Shown here: positions 42,934 through 59,230 of the stretch, piece after piece
How positions within the stretch are numbered: the first letter of the stretch is position 1
Layout: the number at the start of each line of letters is the position of its first letter
NCBI GenBank assembly: GCA_040954595.2
Contig: CM082584.2
Location: 13,261,337 to 13,325,336 of the forward strand
Length of the DNA stretch: 64,000 nt
Source of the DNA: Balanoglossus misakiensis
Taxonomy: Eukaryota; Animalia; Hemichordata
Direction of reading: 5' to 3'
Made by a program: the position numbers and the translations under genes
The notes under the pieces: model-generated
Told to the model about the DNA's origin: nothing
Databases searched by the model: none
Seen by the model: the letters and a program-made list of their open reading frames with translations, nothing else

Positions 42934-45477
42934 ATGTCGTCAAGGCGAATCGTTACACCAGGGTCAGCTGGAACCCAATTATTCCGTGAAACATTTACAT
43001 TTGGCCACAAGGAATTGACCCATTGGTTTCCATCGCACATGGCAAGAGGTAGGACATGTTGATTTTATCTTCTTTGCTTAATTTGCAATTGACAGTTTGA
43101 CATTGCAATTTACATCTCAGTCCAAATTAGATATTGTCAAATGTGTCGTGTACATACTGTATCACAGACTGAGCAAACTACTTGGTTGAGTTCTAAGTTT
43201 ATCACTGGTTTTATGAGTATGCCAATTTCTGTTTAATATATTTTACATATTTTTCAATTTTAGGAATGAAGAAAATGCAAGCAATGTTACGCAAGATAGA
43301 TTGTGTAGTGGAAGTTCATGATGCAAGAATATCCTTTTAATCTTATTTTGTGTTGTGTACTTCTTCATTTTCATTTTGTGCCTTCAAATTGTTTTTGCTG
43401 GACAATAGTTTGGTTTGAAAGTCACTTTAAACAAAAATTGACAAAGAGTTAGAATTTCCTTAATGTATTGCTTTACATTCCCTTCACTGGCCGCAATATG
43501 ATGTTTCGAAATTTGCTGGGAGTCAAACCTCATTTATTGGTGCTCAATAAAATGGACTTAATGGATTCAACCAAGAAAACAGTGAGTACAAAGTTACATT
43601 CATTCCTGGTACTGAGTTGGTGAAATCTGTGTTCTCTAGAAAATGTACACAATTTATTTGTCACTGTAAAATAACCTTTAACTTTATTTCATATTTACAT
43701 ATATTATACTTTTGTTACCAGGCAATTAGGAATCGTTTATCTGCAGAAGGAACGGAAAATATACTGTTTGCCAATTGTCACAAACAGGAAAGTAAAACAA
43801 TTAGAGATGTGAGTATCTATGTACATGTGATATTGTCAAACATAGGATATTGAAAGTTGACTTTGCCAAAATGGCAGCAGTAAAACTTCATGCTAAAAAG
43901 AATAGCAAAAGAGAAAGGATTCTAAACATCTGTAAGTCTGACTTGATCCTTTGTTATTTAATATAGGTTGTGAAAATGGTTATTGATCTAATTGATCAAA
44001 GTGAGAGGTATCAGAGAGCTGGGGTAGATGATTATAATCTGATGGTCGTTGGAATTCCAAATGTTGGCAAATCTTCAGTCATAAATGCCATGAGAAGAAT
44101 GCATCTCAGGAAAGGTAAGTATGGAATGTATATTTCATTGATGAAATGAGTGGAAGAAACTTATGCCTTGTAAAACAAAAGCATGTACAACATATAACTA
44201 GAGGGCATGCAGCCTTAAATTGCCATCTCCCAAATGATTAGATGTTTGGGTATATGTCAGTGGTTGTTGTTTTTTATTACCTGTAGGCAAAGCATCAAGG
44301 GTTGGAGGTATACCTGGAATAACAAGAGGTGTATTGAACAAAATACAGGTGTGTTGAAGTGTTGTATTTGTTCAGATACTTATATGATCTGTATGGATTT
44401 TGTTGCATTCATGTTTCAATCCCATCCACTTCTTTCAAATACTTTGTGATTGCATTCTCAGGTTTCTAATCAGCCAAGGATGTTTCTAATCGATACACCC
44501 GGAATAATGACACCACATATACCCGGCATAGATCAAGGGATGAAGTTAGCATTATGTGGTAAGTAGGAAAGGTTAAGAAACATGTGACCCTGTAGATAGG
44601 TATTTTTGTTGGTGCAAATCAAATGCATTATTGCTGTACTGTTGCAGTCATCACTGATACTATTCTGTACACTGTTTATTTCACAGGAACTCTACAAGAT
44701 CACCAAGTAGGACAAGATATCATAGCTGATTATCTTCTCTTCTGGTTGAACAAGAATTCCAGATTTGAGTGAGTGACTTTATCTGGTATTGCTTACCCAA
44801 ATCATCCCCAACAAGAATCTCAGAATGGTTGAATCCTTTTGACAGTCGCCTGGTTCTGCCATGTGTGCTGCTGTGTTATTACTTTTGAAATACATGTACT
44901 TACTTCAGAGAGAGCAGTGAAGCAGTCTACTTTATTGACTGGTAATACAGCATGGCTGACAAATTGAATCATCCAATCATTTTTTTCCAGATATGTGGAA
45001 ACGTTTGGGCTTGAAGAGCCATCTGATGATATCCACTTTGTACTCACAAATCTGGCAAAGTTCTTAGGCAAGACACAGAAATTCAGGTCACTTGATGGTA
45101 TGTATCACTTACTCATTTGGCAATTTTTGACTGCTGACTGGCTATTATAGACATAACTGTTATGCAAAAAACCCACACAGTACAACAGTTACATTGCAAT
45201 AAATTCATTTAATGACATTATGCATTCATGAAAGTACTTTCTAGAAATACATAGTTGATTGCTAAGAAATTAAAATGTTCTTTTCTTCAGACATTTGTAA
45301 AAGGAAAAAATCTCTTTTTGGCGACATTGCTCATCTGTAACTCTCCACTGTTATATTATCACATGATTTGCAGGAACAAGAGTCGTAAAGCCCAACTATG
45401 ATGCTGCAGCTGCCCATATGCTGCGATGTTTCAGGACGGGACAGCTGGGAAAATTTGTTTTGGATCTGGAGGAGTGA
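42934..45477 (+). CDS. MTG1: Mitochondrial ribosome-associated GTPase 1 (RbgA/YlqF family), 10 coding exons
   Basis: Exons 42934-43048 (WFPSHMAR), 43264-43328, 43477-43581, 43722-43808, 43967-44114, 44287-44348, 44462-44558, 44687-44768, 44991-45097, 45374-45477. Circularly permuted GTPase motifs [36 protein letters not shown]. Confidence 0.95.
43329..43476 (+). other. U12-type (minor spliceosome) AT-AC intron in MTG1
   Basis: 5' end ATATCCTTTT, branch site TTCCTTAAT at 43456-43464, 3' end TTTAC. Removal joins DAR to IPFTGRN in frame. Confidence 0.95.
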
Positions 45478-45597
45478 ATTGCTGGAAGAGACCACAAACT
45501 ATGCCAACAAATGTTGGCCACAGTCAAGAGCTGATGATTAGGCTGGTAACAACTGTGCTGTAACACTTTTACAATAACTGACTAAGTGACAGATGGA

Positions 45598-47966
45598 TTA
45601 CACAGTTTTTGGATCGCCATCATTTTCCTCGGCCGTCTCCCAGCTATCTGTGTCATCAGTCGACTCATCCCTTGTTTCAGTGGTGTCCACAGCAACCGGA
45701 CTTCCCTCTGCTTGGTCCGCCTGACTGCCATTGGCACTATCCTCACCAACATCCTCTTCGGACCCATCGGAAACGAGCTCTGCATTTTCTTCTTGCCTTT
45801 CTCCATCTTCATGATCATCTTCCTCTGAGAGGATTGAAAGATCAGAGAAATTGTGAGTTTTAGCCTCTGTAGCTGTATAATATCACACTGGAATGTACCA
45901 TCAAATCTTCTGATGTGTTTTGGATTCACATCATTAAAAGCCATATTCACAGCCTCTGAAGACGTGACAACATTTTGGCAGACACTCACCTTGGGATGGT
46001 ACGACTGAATTCAAAGTCTCGTCATCTTCAGCCGTTCTACAAGTGTTGTAAGAACCGCAATGCTGACACTTGAGGCCGATGACATGAAACAACACTCTAC
46101 ACTCCTTGTGACAATCTCTGCATAGAATCTGCATTGAGGACAGAAGTTGGACTTTTGAGACATTTTTCTGCATATGTATATATACAGATGAATAAGAAAA
46201 TTTTGAGTTCACCATGTTCGGTATGAAATCTGCCCGCTAATAATCTTACCTGCACTCTGTAATTTGCATATTCCTCTGGCATTCGTGTGTTCTGAACTTC
46301 CTGGTCCAACATCCTCCACACATTCCTCATACTTAGCATCGACTGACCGCATAGTGGGCAGGTGTAACCTCTGGAGAAAAATGACATTTCCTGAGATGGT
46401 TACAAGCTTTGAAATCCATTTTCATCCATCAACTCTTAAGGTATCATACTATCAAATGTAATTTCTTGTTAAATTCTCTGGAGAACAATAAAATTCAAAG
46501 TATTTATATTTTGTTCAATTAACAAATGTATACACTTACCCTGATTTGACATAGTCCTCAAAACATGTTCTGTCAGTTGAGAGAAAATACATACATGCAG
46601 TAAGAATACAGGTTGTAAGAAATGACATCTCATTGTAGACTTCATCTTAGTCCATGAAAGAGTTTGATGTCCGGAGCCAGAGAAGACAATGAAAGCTACT
46701 GAATCAACTTACGAATGGAGAAGATGGCCACAAGATGGTACATGCGCAGCAATTCTTGATGAGTGGAGATCCTGAAGAACACACATGGTCATGTCACTTA
46801 GGCAGAAACTTTTGCTGAATGTTTTTGATTTATTTTATCCAAAAGATCATCAACACATAAGGTTAATGTTCTATTTGAAAAAATAACAATAGCACACATG
46901 TCATTGAGAAACAACACAACTAGATTATAATACATTTGTGGAAGTAAACTCACCTCCATACAAACAGGGCAGTTAGCTTTGGATACTTTCTCAACACACT
47001 GAAAATGAAATCATACAGACATCCACGTCACAGAAGATTCCTCAATTGTTGAAAGTTCAGTCTTGATAATTCTTGCCAACAAGTGTAGATTTTTTACCTT
47101 ATGTTTGTTCTGCAAATGAATTCCCAAACACATGTCACATTTGCTGCAGTGGAAAAAATTGTCCCTTCCACCGACCCTGTGAAGGAGAAGATACATAGCT
47201 GATGTTGCACTGTTAAAAATGAAGTTATACTCTTGCAGAAACCTCGAACCAACATAGATTCAGTTTACCTGAGAAAAAGCAAATAAAAACATTTTGCTGT
47301 ATTTTCTCACCTACAAATTCCACAACCATCACAGTGAAACTGTCCTTTATCCTTTTCATCGTACAATCTACAAATCTCACAGAAATAACGCGCAAACTGT
47401 TCATTGCAGTTCAGACAATGTGACTGTACCTGTTTTTGGGGAAAAACAAAAGCAAAGAAACGTTTATTACATCATTTCACTAAGCACATCACAGTTAAGT
47501 CCAGTAATACTTATGAAGGAGTCTGTACATCACAAATGTTAGATGTTAATTTCAAATTTACCGATCTAATGCCTTAATCTGTATAATGAAACTCACTTAC
47601 CTCAGCCACATGCTGACATTTCAAACACTTGACCTTCTGAACTTGATTTCTACACAGTGTATGGTTCTCTTCTTCATCATGGCAAAATCTGCATACATAG
47701 AATCTGTCACAACACGGTGCCTGTCAAATGTCAAACGTTACAGGATAGGCTAATCAGTACATGTACATTATACTTTAACCCCCCCCCCCCCCCCTTCCAG
47801 TGCTTAGTGAAACAAGATCCGAAAGTTTTGCCATCACGACATAAAACAGTCGCAATAACCACCCCAAGGAAAAAGTCTAAACTGGAATCGTTTCCATGGT
47901 AACGCCTACCAGTAGAGAACATTTCCGTTGGTAGTGTTGGCAACCGGTGGCTTCTGCTTCATCCAT
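45598..47966 (-). CDS. RCHY1: RING finger and CHY zinc finger E3 ligase Pirh2, 10 coding exons
   Basis: Exons 47966-47910, 47720-47601, 47429-47311, 47176-47098, 46998-46954, 46771-46713, 46569-46540, 46370-46250, 46128-45990, 45824-45598. GCQHYQRKC, APCC..CRFCHD (CHY), CPVCMEDLH..CGHLLH..CPLC (RING-H2), FHVIGLKCQHCGSYNT. Confidence 0.95.
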
Positions 47967-48258
47967 GATGGAACGAACATACCCTTTTGCGGTAGTTAGC
48001 AGACGCCCTCATCTGAACTGTTCCAGCATCAATTTCATTTTATATGTTACAGACGATTGGTCTTTACAAGTAAATTGACCAGATCTCTAATTGCAGTGAT
48101 ATTGTATGAGTTCCTTTGAATAAACATGCGTTTGGTTGAACTTTCTAGTGTGAAAGATCTACTCTCACACTGTCGTACATATTATACTCATTTGTTTTTA
48201 CGACATACCGTAACTGGGTCACTTGCTGTGGTTTCATGTCATATCAAGCCCATCGCTA

Positions 48259-51424
<3,166 letters not shown>

Positions 51425-52181
51425 AAGTTGCTTGACCTTAGTAAATGGAATCTGCTTTCGCAATCCAGATCACATATCTTTCTTTGTGATGAGCACATCT
51501 TCTTTGAGATCATTCTAAACATAGAAAGATTACTATCTGTAAGCGTAAGGATTGGTTAAATAGTGCACAGGGTAGCTTATTAGCATGATGTCTTCTAACC
51601 CTATGCTGTCAAACCTGTGGTGGTGGTCATCTCTGCTATATAAAGCGGTCTAACAGGGTCTCCATCATGTATTGTCTTTTTTTCCTTTTGCATAACACCA
51701 TAGATTACAGATCTAAGTTTTGATAGAAACCATTTTCCTGTTAGCAATGTAATCAGCAAAGCAATTTTATAGAATATAACCAATCTGGAGTCATTTTAAA
51801 ATTCAGGTATTCCAACATGAGAGAACCAACTTGATTGGCTGACTCGTGTACATGGCTATTGACCATGGGTACTAGTAAAGACTTATTTGTGTGTCTATGT
51901 ATTGTTTCTGCATCAGACGTAATAAATATAGATTTATTTCTCACCTATCTGTGTACTGGTGTTTGTGTGTGTATTTCTAACATAGGATATGAAAATGGTA
52001 TTTCTCTATTGTCATTTTCATGAAATTTTGCACATAGCTCAGTCAAGTTAAAATAAATTAATTGGTCAAATAAAATCATACTCATAACTGAATCATGATT
52101 GGAGTGCAATTATTCGGATATTGAACAAGGCCTCAGGCCAAGTGGAGGTCAATATACATTATCCGGCTTACAACACAGAAC

Positions 52182-52599
52182 ATCTGTGAACTTTTTATGC
52201 TAAATGACTTCTCAATCACATCAACCAATCACAAATGCACCTGGTGAATGACATGTTTCGATTGGATAGTTGGCAGCCAGTTCATTTATCAGATGGTCAG
52301 TGAGGTGCCTCTTCCATCATTCGAAACTCCATCTTTGACGTGTAAACATCGTGGCAGAAATTTGTAACGACAACAACCTATTCATTACCCAGAGCAATTT
52401 TCGACAACCAAGTGAAAGTGAAGGCCTGACTGTGGCGATATGGATTGGACTTTCCAAGATTTTAATAGGTAGCCTCGTTTATGATAGTGTACAGAAACCA
52501 TCGGCCATGGAACGTGTCGACGAAAATCAAGGGGGACTGTTCTCTTGGCTTGCAGCCACCATTGCGTACATCCTCTACTGTAAGTAACAGCTTTCTGTC
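52182..52599 (+). promoter_or_regulatory. Probable promoter and 5' exon of sulfotransferase 1; duplicated at 57763-58190
   Basis: Opposed CCAAT and ATTGG boxes, strong donor GTAAGT at 52580, and a plausible acceptor at about 52990 just before the sulfotransferase ATG. Confidence 0.55.
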
Positions 52600-53006
52600 T
52601 TTGTCTCTCGAAATGTTAACATTTAAAAAGCATAGCAAGCCCAGACTCTATACTCCGTTGATCTAAAGTTTTCCGTTTTAATGTAGTTTGTTCAACAATT
52701 AATTCATGTTGTTTTGTGCACTACTCCGAGATGCGTGTCTGCTTGTTACATTTATGCAAGAAATGAATGGGTAAATTTAAATAATCGCAAATTCATTTTG
52801 GTGCGTCCAATGGACGTCTTCATCTAAAAATGTGGACAGTGTGCGCATGCTCAAGGATTACCGGATTATCACATCAAAACCGTCGACAAAGACTCCGCTC
52901 TCACTAACAGACGCAGATGCGCTCGGTTCGGCGACAGCTTAGTTTCAAGTATTGAAGAAGTACAACTACCATTTCGTTTTGCCTACTAAGAGAGGAAATC
53001 GGCAAC

Positions 53007-55147
53007 ATGAAAAGGCTGAATCTTGTGGTCGTGATTGGGAGTGCAAGTCTTTTTATCGCATACTTGATGTTTTCTGACTCATTTCGTGTTGCAGTTACAC
53101 CAAGGTAAGATACCAGCATCTATTGATATTAGAAATGTATATTTATTTCACCAGAACTGAAAATAAGTAGAAAAGAACGAATGTAATCTCACAGGCAATC
53201 ATAAGGAGTACATTGCAGTCGTAAAACAATTTCTGAAGAGAACCAAAGAAAAAAGTACCGTGATTCAAACTAGATATACATGACTCTAAACTCATTTCTA
53301 CTATATTATGGAGGATGTATGTCTGAAATCAATGGGAATTTATGAAAAGAGAATTTCGTTGATTAATTTAATAAAGTGATGTGGTTTGGGATACTACTGT
53401 TTTTTATATAAAAAATCTGTCCCGAGCCACGTAATACCTTAAATACGCACGCATAGTTATTGTTGTAAAGATACTGTCTCTGAAACGTCAGTTTTACCAT
53501 ATCTGAACGAAGCACATGTTGCCATAAGAAAGATCATGGATTGTATGATGGTGAGATTAACGATTTTTATTCAATTCGAAACGATGGGTCTAATCACGTG
53601 GTCTAATGTCTTCTAATCTCTCAATAGGGAATAGACAGAACTGCACATGCTGTGGTAATTTAAAAGATAGCTGCTAGCTTAGCTTTCTATTGCAGGTTTT
53701 ACAAATACACAGTGTTCAATCCAGGCACAGATTAATTCATTGATGTTTGACTCCTGTACAACAATTACATCTCGAAACATTAATCTGGCATTAATTACAA
53801 AGGTTTTAATTTTTTTGTTGCCAATATCGCTTAATCCCACATGAACTATAATCTTCTCTGACCTCTCCATCTAATCGCGTTTTTATAACCAAGCTTTGTG
53901 TAATACTAGAATAGGTGCAGAGTTTAATATAACATGAGAATGTCCTTCCATATAAACTGCGTAACTACGCGAGATCTCGCAGCGTCTCGTGGAGTTCGGA
54001 AAACCGTCTATTGTTGCTATCTCGATTTAACTTAATGAAATAAAACTTAATAATAATTAAACTGATCCATACTCATATGTCTGCTTTATGTTTTCACAGT
54101 GGACGAAAATCACCTATAACGTACGATGAAGATGACGTCACGAAACCTATTACGCATGATGGAGATGAAGAAGACGTCACAAAACTTTACCCATGGCTGA
54201 AGAAGAAAAACTATCTGCCAAACTATTTTACTCGCCCAATAAGCAGAAAGACTTTCGAACGTTTGCCATCAGATGATGTCTACGCCGATGCTATGATAGT
54301 CTTTGTCCATCTTCTCAAGGCCGGTGGCGGAACGACAAGGCATTGCCTTTCGCGCCTATTAAGAGATATCGGTGAGCCAGGTTATCGCATATTAGGTAGT
54401 GTAACTGCACATAGAGTGTATCCACGATTGCTGAGCGGGGGATATAATCAAACTCTCGACAAAAGCTACGGCGGGGATGGGACATTTCCTGTCTGTAATT
54501 TCACAACGAAGCCGTGTGCAACTTTTACGGTTATTCGGGAACCGTATGAGCGGATGATTTCTTCATATAACTTTTGTAAAACCAACGAACAGGCTATGTG
54601 CAGGTTGATGCCAATTCAAAAGATGACAGTGAACGAATGGGCCGTATACCAAGGCAGTATGTTTTTCGAGCAAATCATATTAAATCCGGAATTTTGGACG
54701 GAGGAAAATTTGCAGGTATTCGAAGAAATCCGCACACCCGAAGAGTCGCCAACGAACGTGTTCCCGCTATTTTGGAGAAATAAACTGATGTTGGAATACG
54801 TCATTCCGAAGGAACACAAACCTCTGATACTGGACTATGTTTTAGATCACCTGGAATCGTGGTTTGCTGTTATTGGATTGACAGAGGAGTATGAAGCATC
54901 GTTCCGTCTATTTGAAGAAGTCTTCAAACTTCCATTCTCCAGTCGGTGTGCTGACACGAAGGTTCACCAAAGAAACTACACAGAAGAAAGTCAAGACGCA
55001 AATGAAACTAAAGAGCAGATTGTTGAGAAGTTAAAGAATGAATTATCTGCTGATCCCGCTGTGAGAGAAGTACTCCGATGGGACATCGAGATTTACAGAA
55101 AGGCCCAGGACATTTTCAGACAACAGAAACAGGCTTTACGAAAGTAA
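53007..55147 (+). CDS. Golgi type II membrane sulfotransferase (Sulfotransfer_2 / Gal-3-O-ST-like), copy 1
   Basis: Exon 53007-53104 (signal anchor LVVVIGSASLFIAYLMF, phase 2) plus 54100-55147. 5'-PSB FVHLLKAGGGTT, 3'-PB IREPYERMISSY, C-terminal WDIEIY. Confidence 0.88.
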
Positions 55148-56083
55148 CACGTGTTAACAAAGAGATTGGAAATCAAAGTCAACGTATTCCTCACGATGTA
55201 AAAAGGGTTCGAACAATTTTAAAACGTTCTTTAATGTGTCAGCCGTACATAAATGTGTTTATGTAGAGAATTTAATGTATGTCTAATGACATTGTATCAT
55301 TTCAGTTGTATTGCAAATTTGATCTTTAAACAAGGCTTTAGGATAGGAGATTCATTCCAGGAAGGTTGAATCAGATCCCGGTTACCCTTCTAAAAATTCC
55401 ACAATGTAAGAAGGTAAATTATTACAATCAATCACTTTAAAACATTAGTAATGTAAGAAGGTTAAATAAATGTTCATGGTGTTGGAATAAATTGGCTCAT
55501 AAAAACTCCCCGAATGTTGGATTTGTGATGTTTCGAGTACTGCTTCACTAACCTTACATCATCTGTCGGTGAGATACAATCACTACTGCAGTATCTGTTT
55601 GTTAATCTTTCATATCGCAATAGGAAATTACATTTGCCAAACAGAATCAATAACACAGGCCTTTATCCCTTTTTAAGAAAGAAAAAGGGATGTTGGATAT
55701 GAAGGATTTTCACAAATTATAAGTAGCTCCAGATGGTACAAGCGAACACAAGCCGTTACAGCGCGGGGCATTGTGGGGTCTGAATGACCACGTATGGCAA
55801 CATATACCACAATTTCTTATCTAACCGTTGTAGACCATGTCATAGAAAGAACTTCTAAAACACATCTTCTTGAGCATAAAATGAACCCCATAACAGACAT
55901 ACGTTCAAGAATCCATTTATACCTAAGATAATCCCAATCACGTGACCCCGGGATAATCTCTTAATACGGTATCTGCGCGGACAACCTAAGCTAGTTTTTT
56001 TAATTAACTTTCGTAAAGCTTTCCATTTTAGTATTGGTGCAATAAAAATCATTTCATTTTACTCAGAAGAGGTCGCCAGGAAC

Positions 56084-57482
56084 ATGGTATTCTTCAGTGG
56101 TAATAAATTGAAACCCAGTGTTTGGATAGTCATCGCAATTGCTGGAATTCTCTTCTTCATGTTTTATGTTTGGAATGAAAACAATGCATACGTGTCTCAT
56201 GCTTTGCTTATTCCAAGGTAAGATACCAACATTTATTGCATGTTTCGGTAGATATTTTTAGAGAATGTGAAACATGGGGAAGTACAGTTATATGTTATAA
56301 TCGACAGAAAGAAAGGAAGAACGTTACAAAAGAGAAATTGTGTTCTTATCACACAATCGGTAATTTCCACCAAGGTTCAAATACAGGCACTAACATCTAT
56401 AACATATTCTCGATGACTGTGTATACATTAATATGTACGTACTCTTCTCTTTTCATAGTGGAAGAAAACTACCTCTTTCTAACGAACGGCATGAAGATGA
56501 CGTCACAAAATTGTATCCGTGGCTGAAGAAGCAAAACTATCTACCAAACTATTTCACCCGACTAATCAACAGACAGACTTCCGAAAGATTCCCACAGGAT
56601 ATAGCATACACGGATAGCACGATGGTTTTTGTTCATCTCTCCAAAGCTGGTGGAGGAACCACAAGGCATTGCCTTTCACGTTTACTAGAAGATATTGGCG
56701 AGCCGGGTTATCGCCTCGTGGGCAGTAAAACTGCGTACAGCGTCTATCCCAAAATGCTGCTTCGCGGGAATAATCAAAGTCTCGCGAGAAGCTACGTCGG
56801 AGATGGCACATTTCCCATCTGCAATTTCACGACGAAACCATGTGCGACGTTTACTGTTCTTCGGGATCCTTATGAGCGGCTGATTTCCTCGTTTAATTTT
56901 TGTCAAAGTAATGCGCAGGATCAGTGTATCATGCGGCCTGTTCATGATATGACAGTGAAAGAATGGGCCTTACACCAGGGTAGTTTCTTCTTCCGAATGT
57001 TACTCCTCAATCCGGAATTTTTGAAAAAAGACTACATAAAACTTCTCGATAAAATCCGTTCACCCGAAGATCCACCATCTGAGCGTATACCACTATTTTG
57101 GAGAAACAAACTCATGTTGGATTACTTCATAAAAGATGAACATAAAACTATGATTTTGGACTATGTGATCGATCACTTAGAATCATGGTTTGCTGTAATA
57201 GGTTTGACCTCCGACTATGAAACCACATTTCGTCTGTTTGAACGTGTTTTCCAGCTTCCATTCTCTAGTCTATGTACTGACATATGGGTTCACAAAAGGG
57301 GATATACAGATGAAAGTGCAGACGCAAATGAAACTAAAGAGCAGATTGTTGAGAAGTTAAAGAATGAATTATCTGCTGATCCCGAAGTGAGGGAAGCACT
57401 CCGATGGGACATCGAAATTTATCGAAAGGCAGAGGAAATTTTTAGACAACAGAAACGAGCTTTCCGAAATGAATATATATAA
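56084..57482 (+). CDS. Golgi type II membrane sulfotransferase, tandem copy 2
   Basis: Exon 56084-56217 (anchor VWIVIAIAGILFFMFYVW, phase 2) plus 56459-57482. FVHLSKAGGGTT and LRDPYERLISSF; same exon structure as copy 1. Confidence 0.88.
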
Positions 57483-57762
57483 AACAAAGAGTTTTCCAAA
57501 TATGGGAATCTACAAACTGGTTAATAGAAAAGAATAAAAATGTTGTTAACTGGTTGCCACTGATACCGTGACAATAGACCATTTTCCGAACTCTACGAGA
57601 CCCATTTCTGTCTTTGTAGTTAGCGTATTAAACCCATTCAATGGTTTCATATTTTGTTATTTTTCTGTATACCTATATCAGTAAGCTTACTTGTATGTAC
57701 ATGCAGGACCAAAGTAGGAGAATAAAATCACGAAAAAAATGCAAAAAGCGCCAGCGCCAGAG

Positions 57763-58190
57763 TATCTGTGATCGCGGTATGCTAAACAACTATTCAGCCA
57801 CATCAACCAATCACAAACTTCAAAAAATGCACCTGGTGAACGACACATTCCGATTGGATGGTTGGCAGCCAGTTCATTTGTCAGGTGATCAGTGAGGTGC
57901 CACTTCCATCATTCGAAACTCATTCTTTGACGCACGGACATCGTGGCTGAACGTAGTGACGAGAACGACCAAATTCATTTCCCAGACCAATATCCGGCAA
58001 CCAAGTGAAAGTGAAGATGACGATAAAGCCTGGATTCTCAAGATTCTGATAGCCTCATTGAAAATTATGTACATAAACCATCAAGTATGGAAAGTGACTT
58101 GACGAAAATCAAGGGTGCCTTTTCTCACGGCGTGCAGTTGCAGCCCCAATTGAGCACGTTTTCTGCAACTGTAAGTAACAGTTTTCTGTC
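57763..58190 (+). repeat. Diverged duplicate of 52182-52599 (promoter/5' exon-like block) upstream of AKR copy B
   Basis: Collinear shared blocks CACATCAACCAATCACAAA, TGCACCTGGTGAA, GTTGGCAGCCAGTTCATTT, TTCCATCATTCGAAACTC, CAACCAAGTGAAAGTGAAG, GACGAAAATCAAGGG, CTGTAAGTAACAG. Confidence 0.9.
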
Positions 58191-59230
58191 ATATTCTTCT
58201 GAATAACATGTAAACTGAAAGTTATTCTCTTGATAGGAATTTTCTATAGTGTGTCAGCAAGGAACTTCTCAGAAGTTCTGGTTCTTCAAAACAATGCAGT
58301 TCTCATATGCGTAACCGTGTGCGAGGTAGAAATGAAACTCCACCCAAAGATCGAGCCGAGCGCAGAATTACCGAGAAAGATGGCCGAATCAAGTATGTGA
58401 ACCCGGAAGCAATTATTCCAGGAAGAGACAACATTTCTTTCAAAATGAACAGTGTCTAATCTTGTGTGTTGTGGGTGAATGGTATTATGCCAGGTGAAGT
58501 GAAATATCTGACTAATACACTGGGAGTGTAGTACATGAACTAATACATTGTAAACATTTTATCTGCATGTAGACTGAAAGTTCGGTTGTGTGCGGGCACT
58601 CCAGCGCATAGTCATGTTAAATCGGAAAATATAGAAACTGCAGCCATTTGCCTCTGGCCTTGCCAGTGCTAAAATTAGTCGTTAATTAAACCACCCTTTG
58701 TCCTACACACAAAGACATCGATAATTATCGGTTTCACTTTTCATATTCCACAAATTCTAAACCAGGACCAAGGCTACATCATTGGTATTACTGTCAGATT
58801 ATTAAAAGAATATTTGCTGAGTCATTTTTCAAGGTCATCTTCAGCTTTAACCCTGGAAACAGAATGTTGCAAGCTTTAGCATAGAGAAAGTGACCCAGGC
58901 AACTGTAACCTATGCGTACATGCAGGGAACGTGTATTCAATGACCTGAATCTATTCCAAATTTCACCCGAAGCTTCCTGATCTATTGGACTGCAGTGAGC
59001 GTTTCCTTATTCAGTTATAAATTTGCTGGAGAAAATTTATGTAAAGAACCGGTAACTTTTAATGTACGGGTAGTAAAATACAAAGCGCATGCGTGATTCT
59101 CATGGTCAGTTCCTTAAAGCGGCTACCTTTGTTTAAAGTACGGGTGGGTAGCAGTCATTGCGAACTGACTCTTACAAATTGGCAAGCAAATTAAACTTGG
59201 TTGGATAGATTTGCATTTCTTCGATTCACT

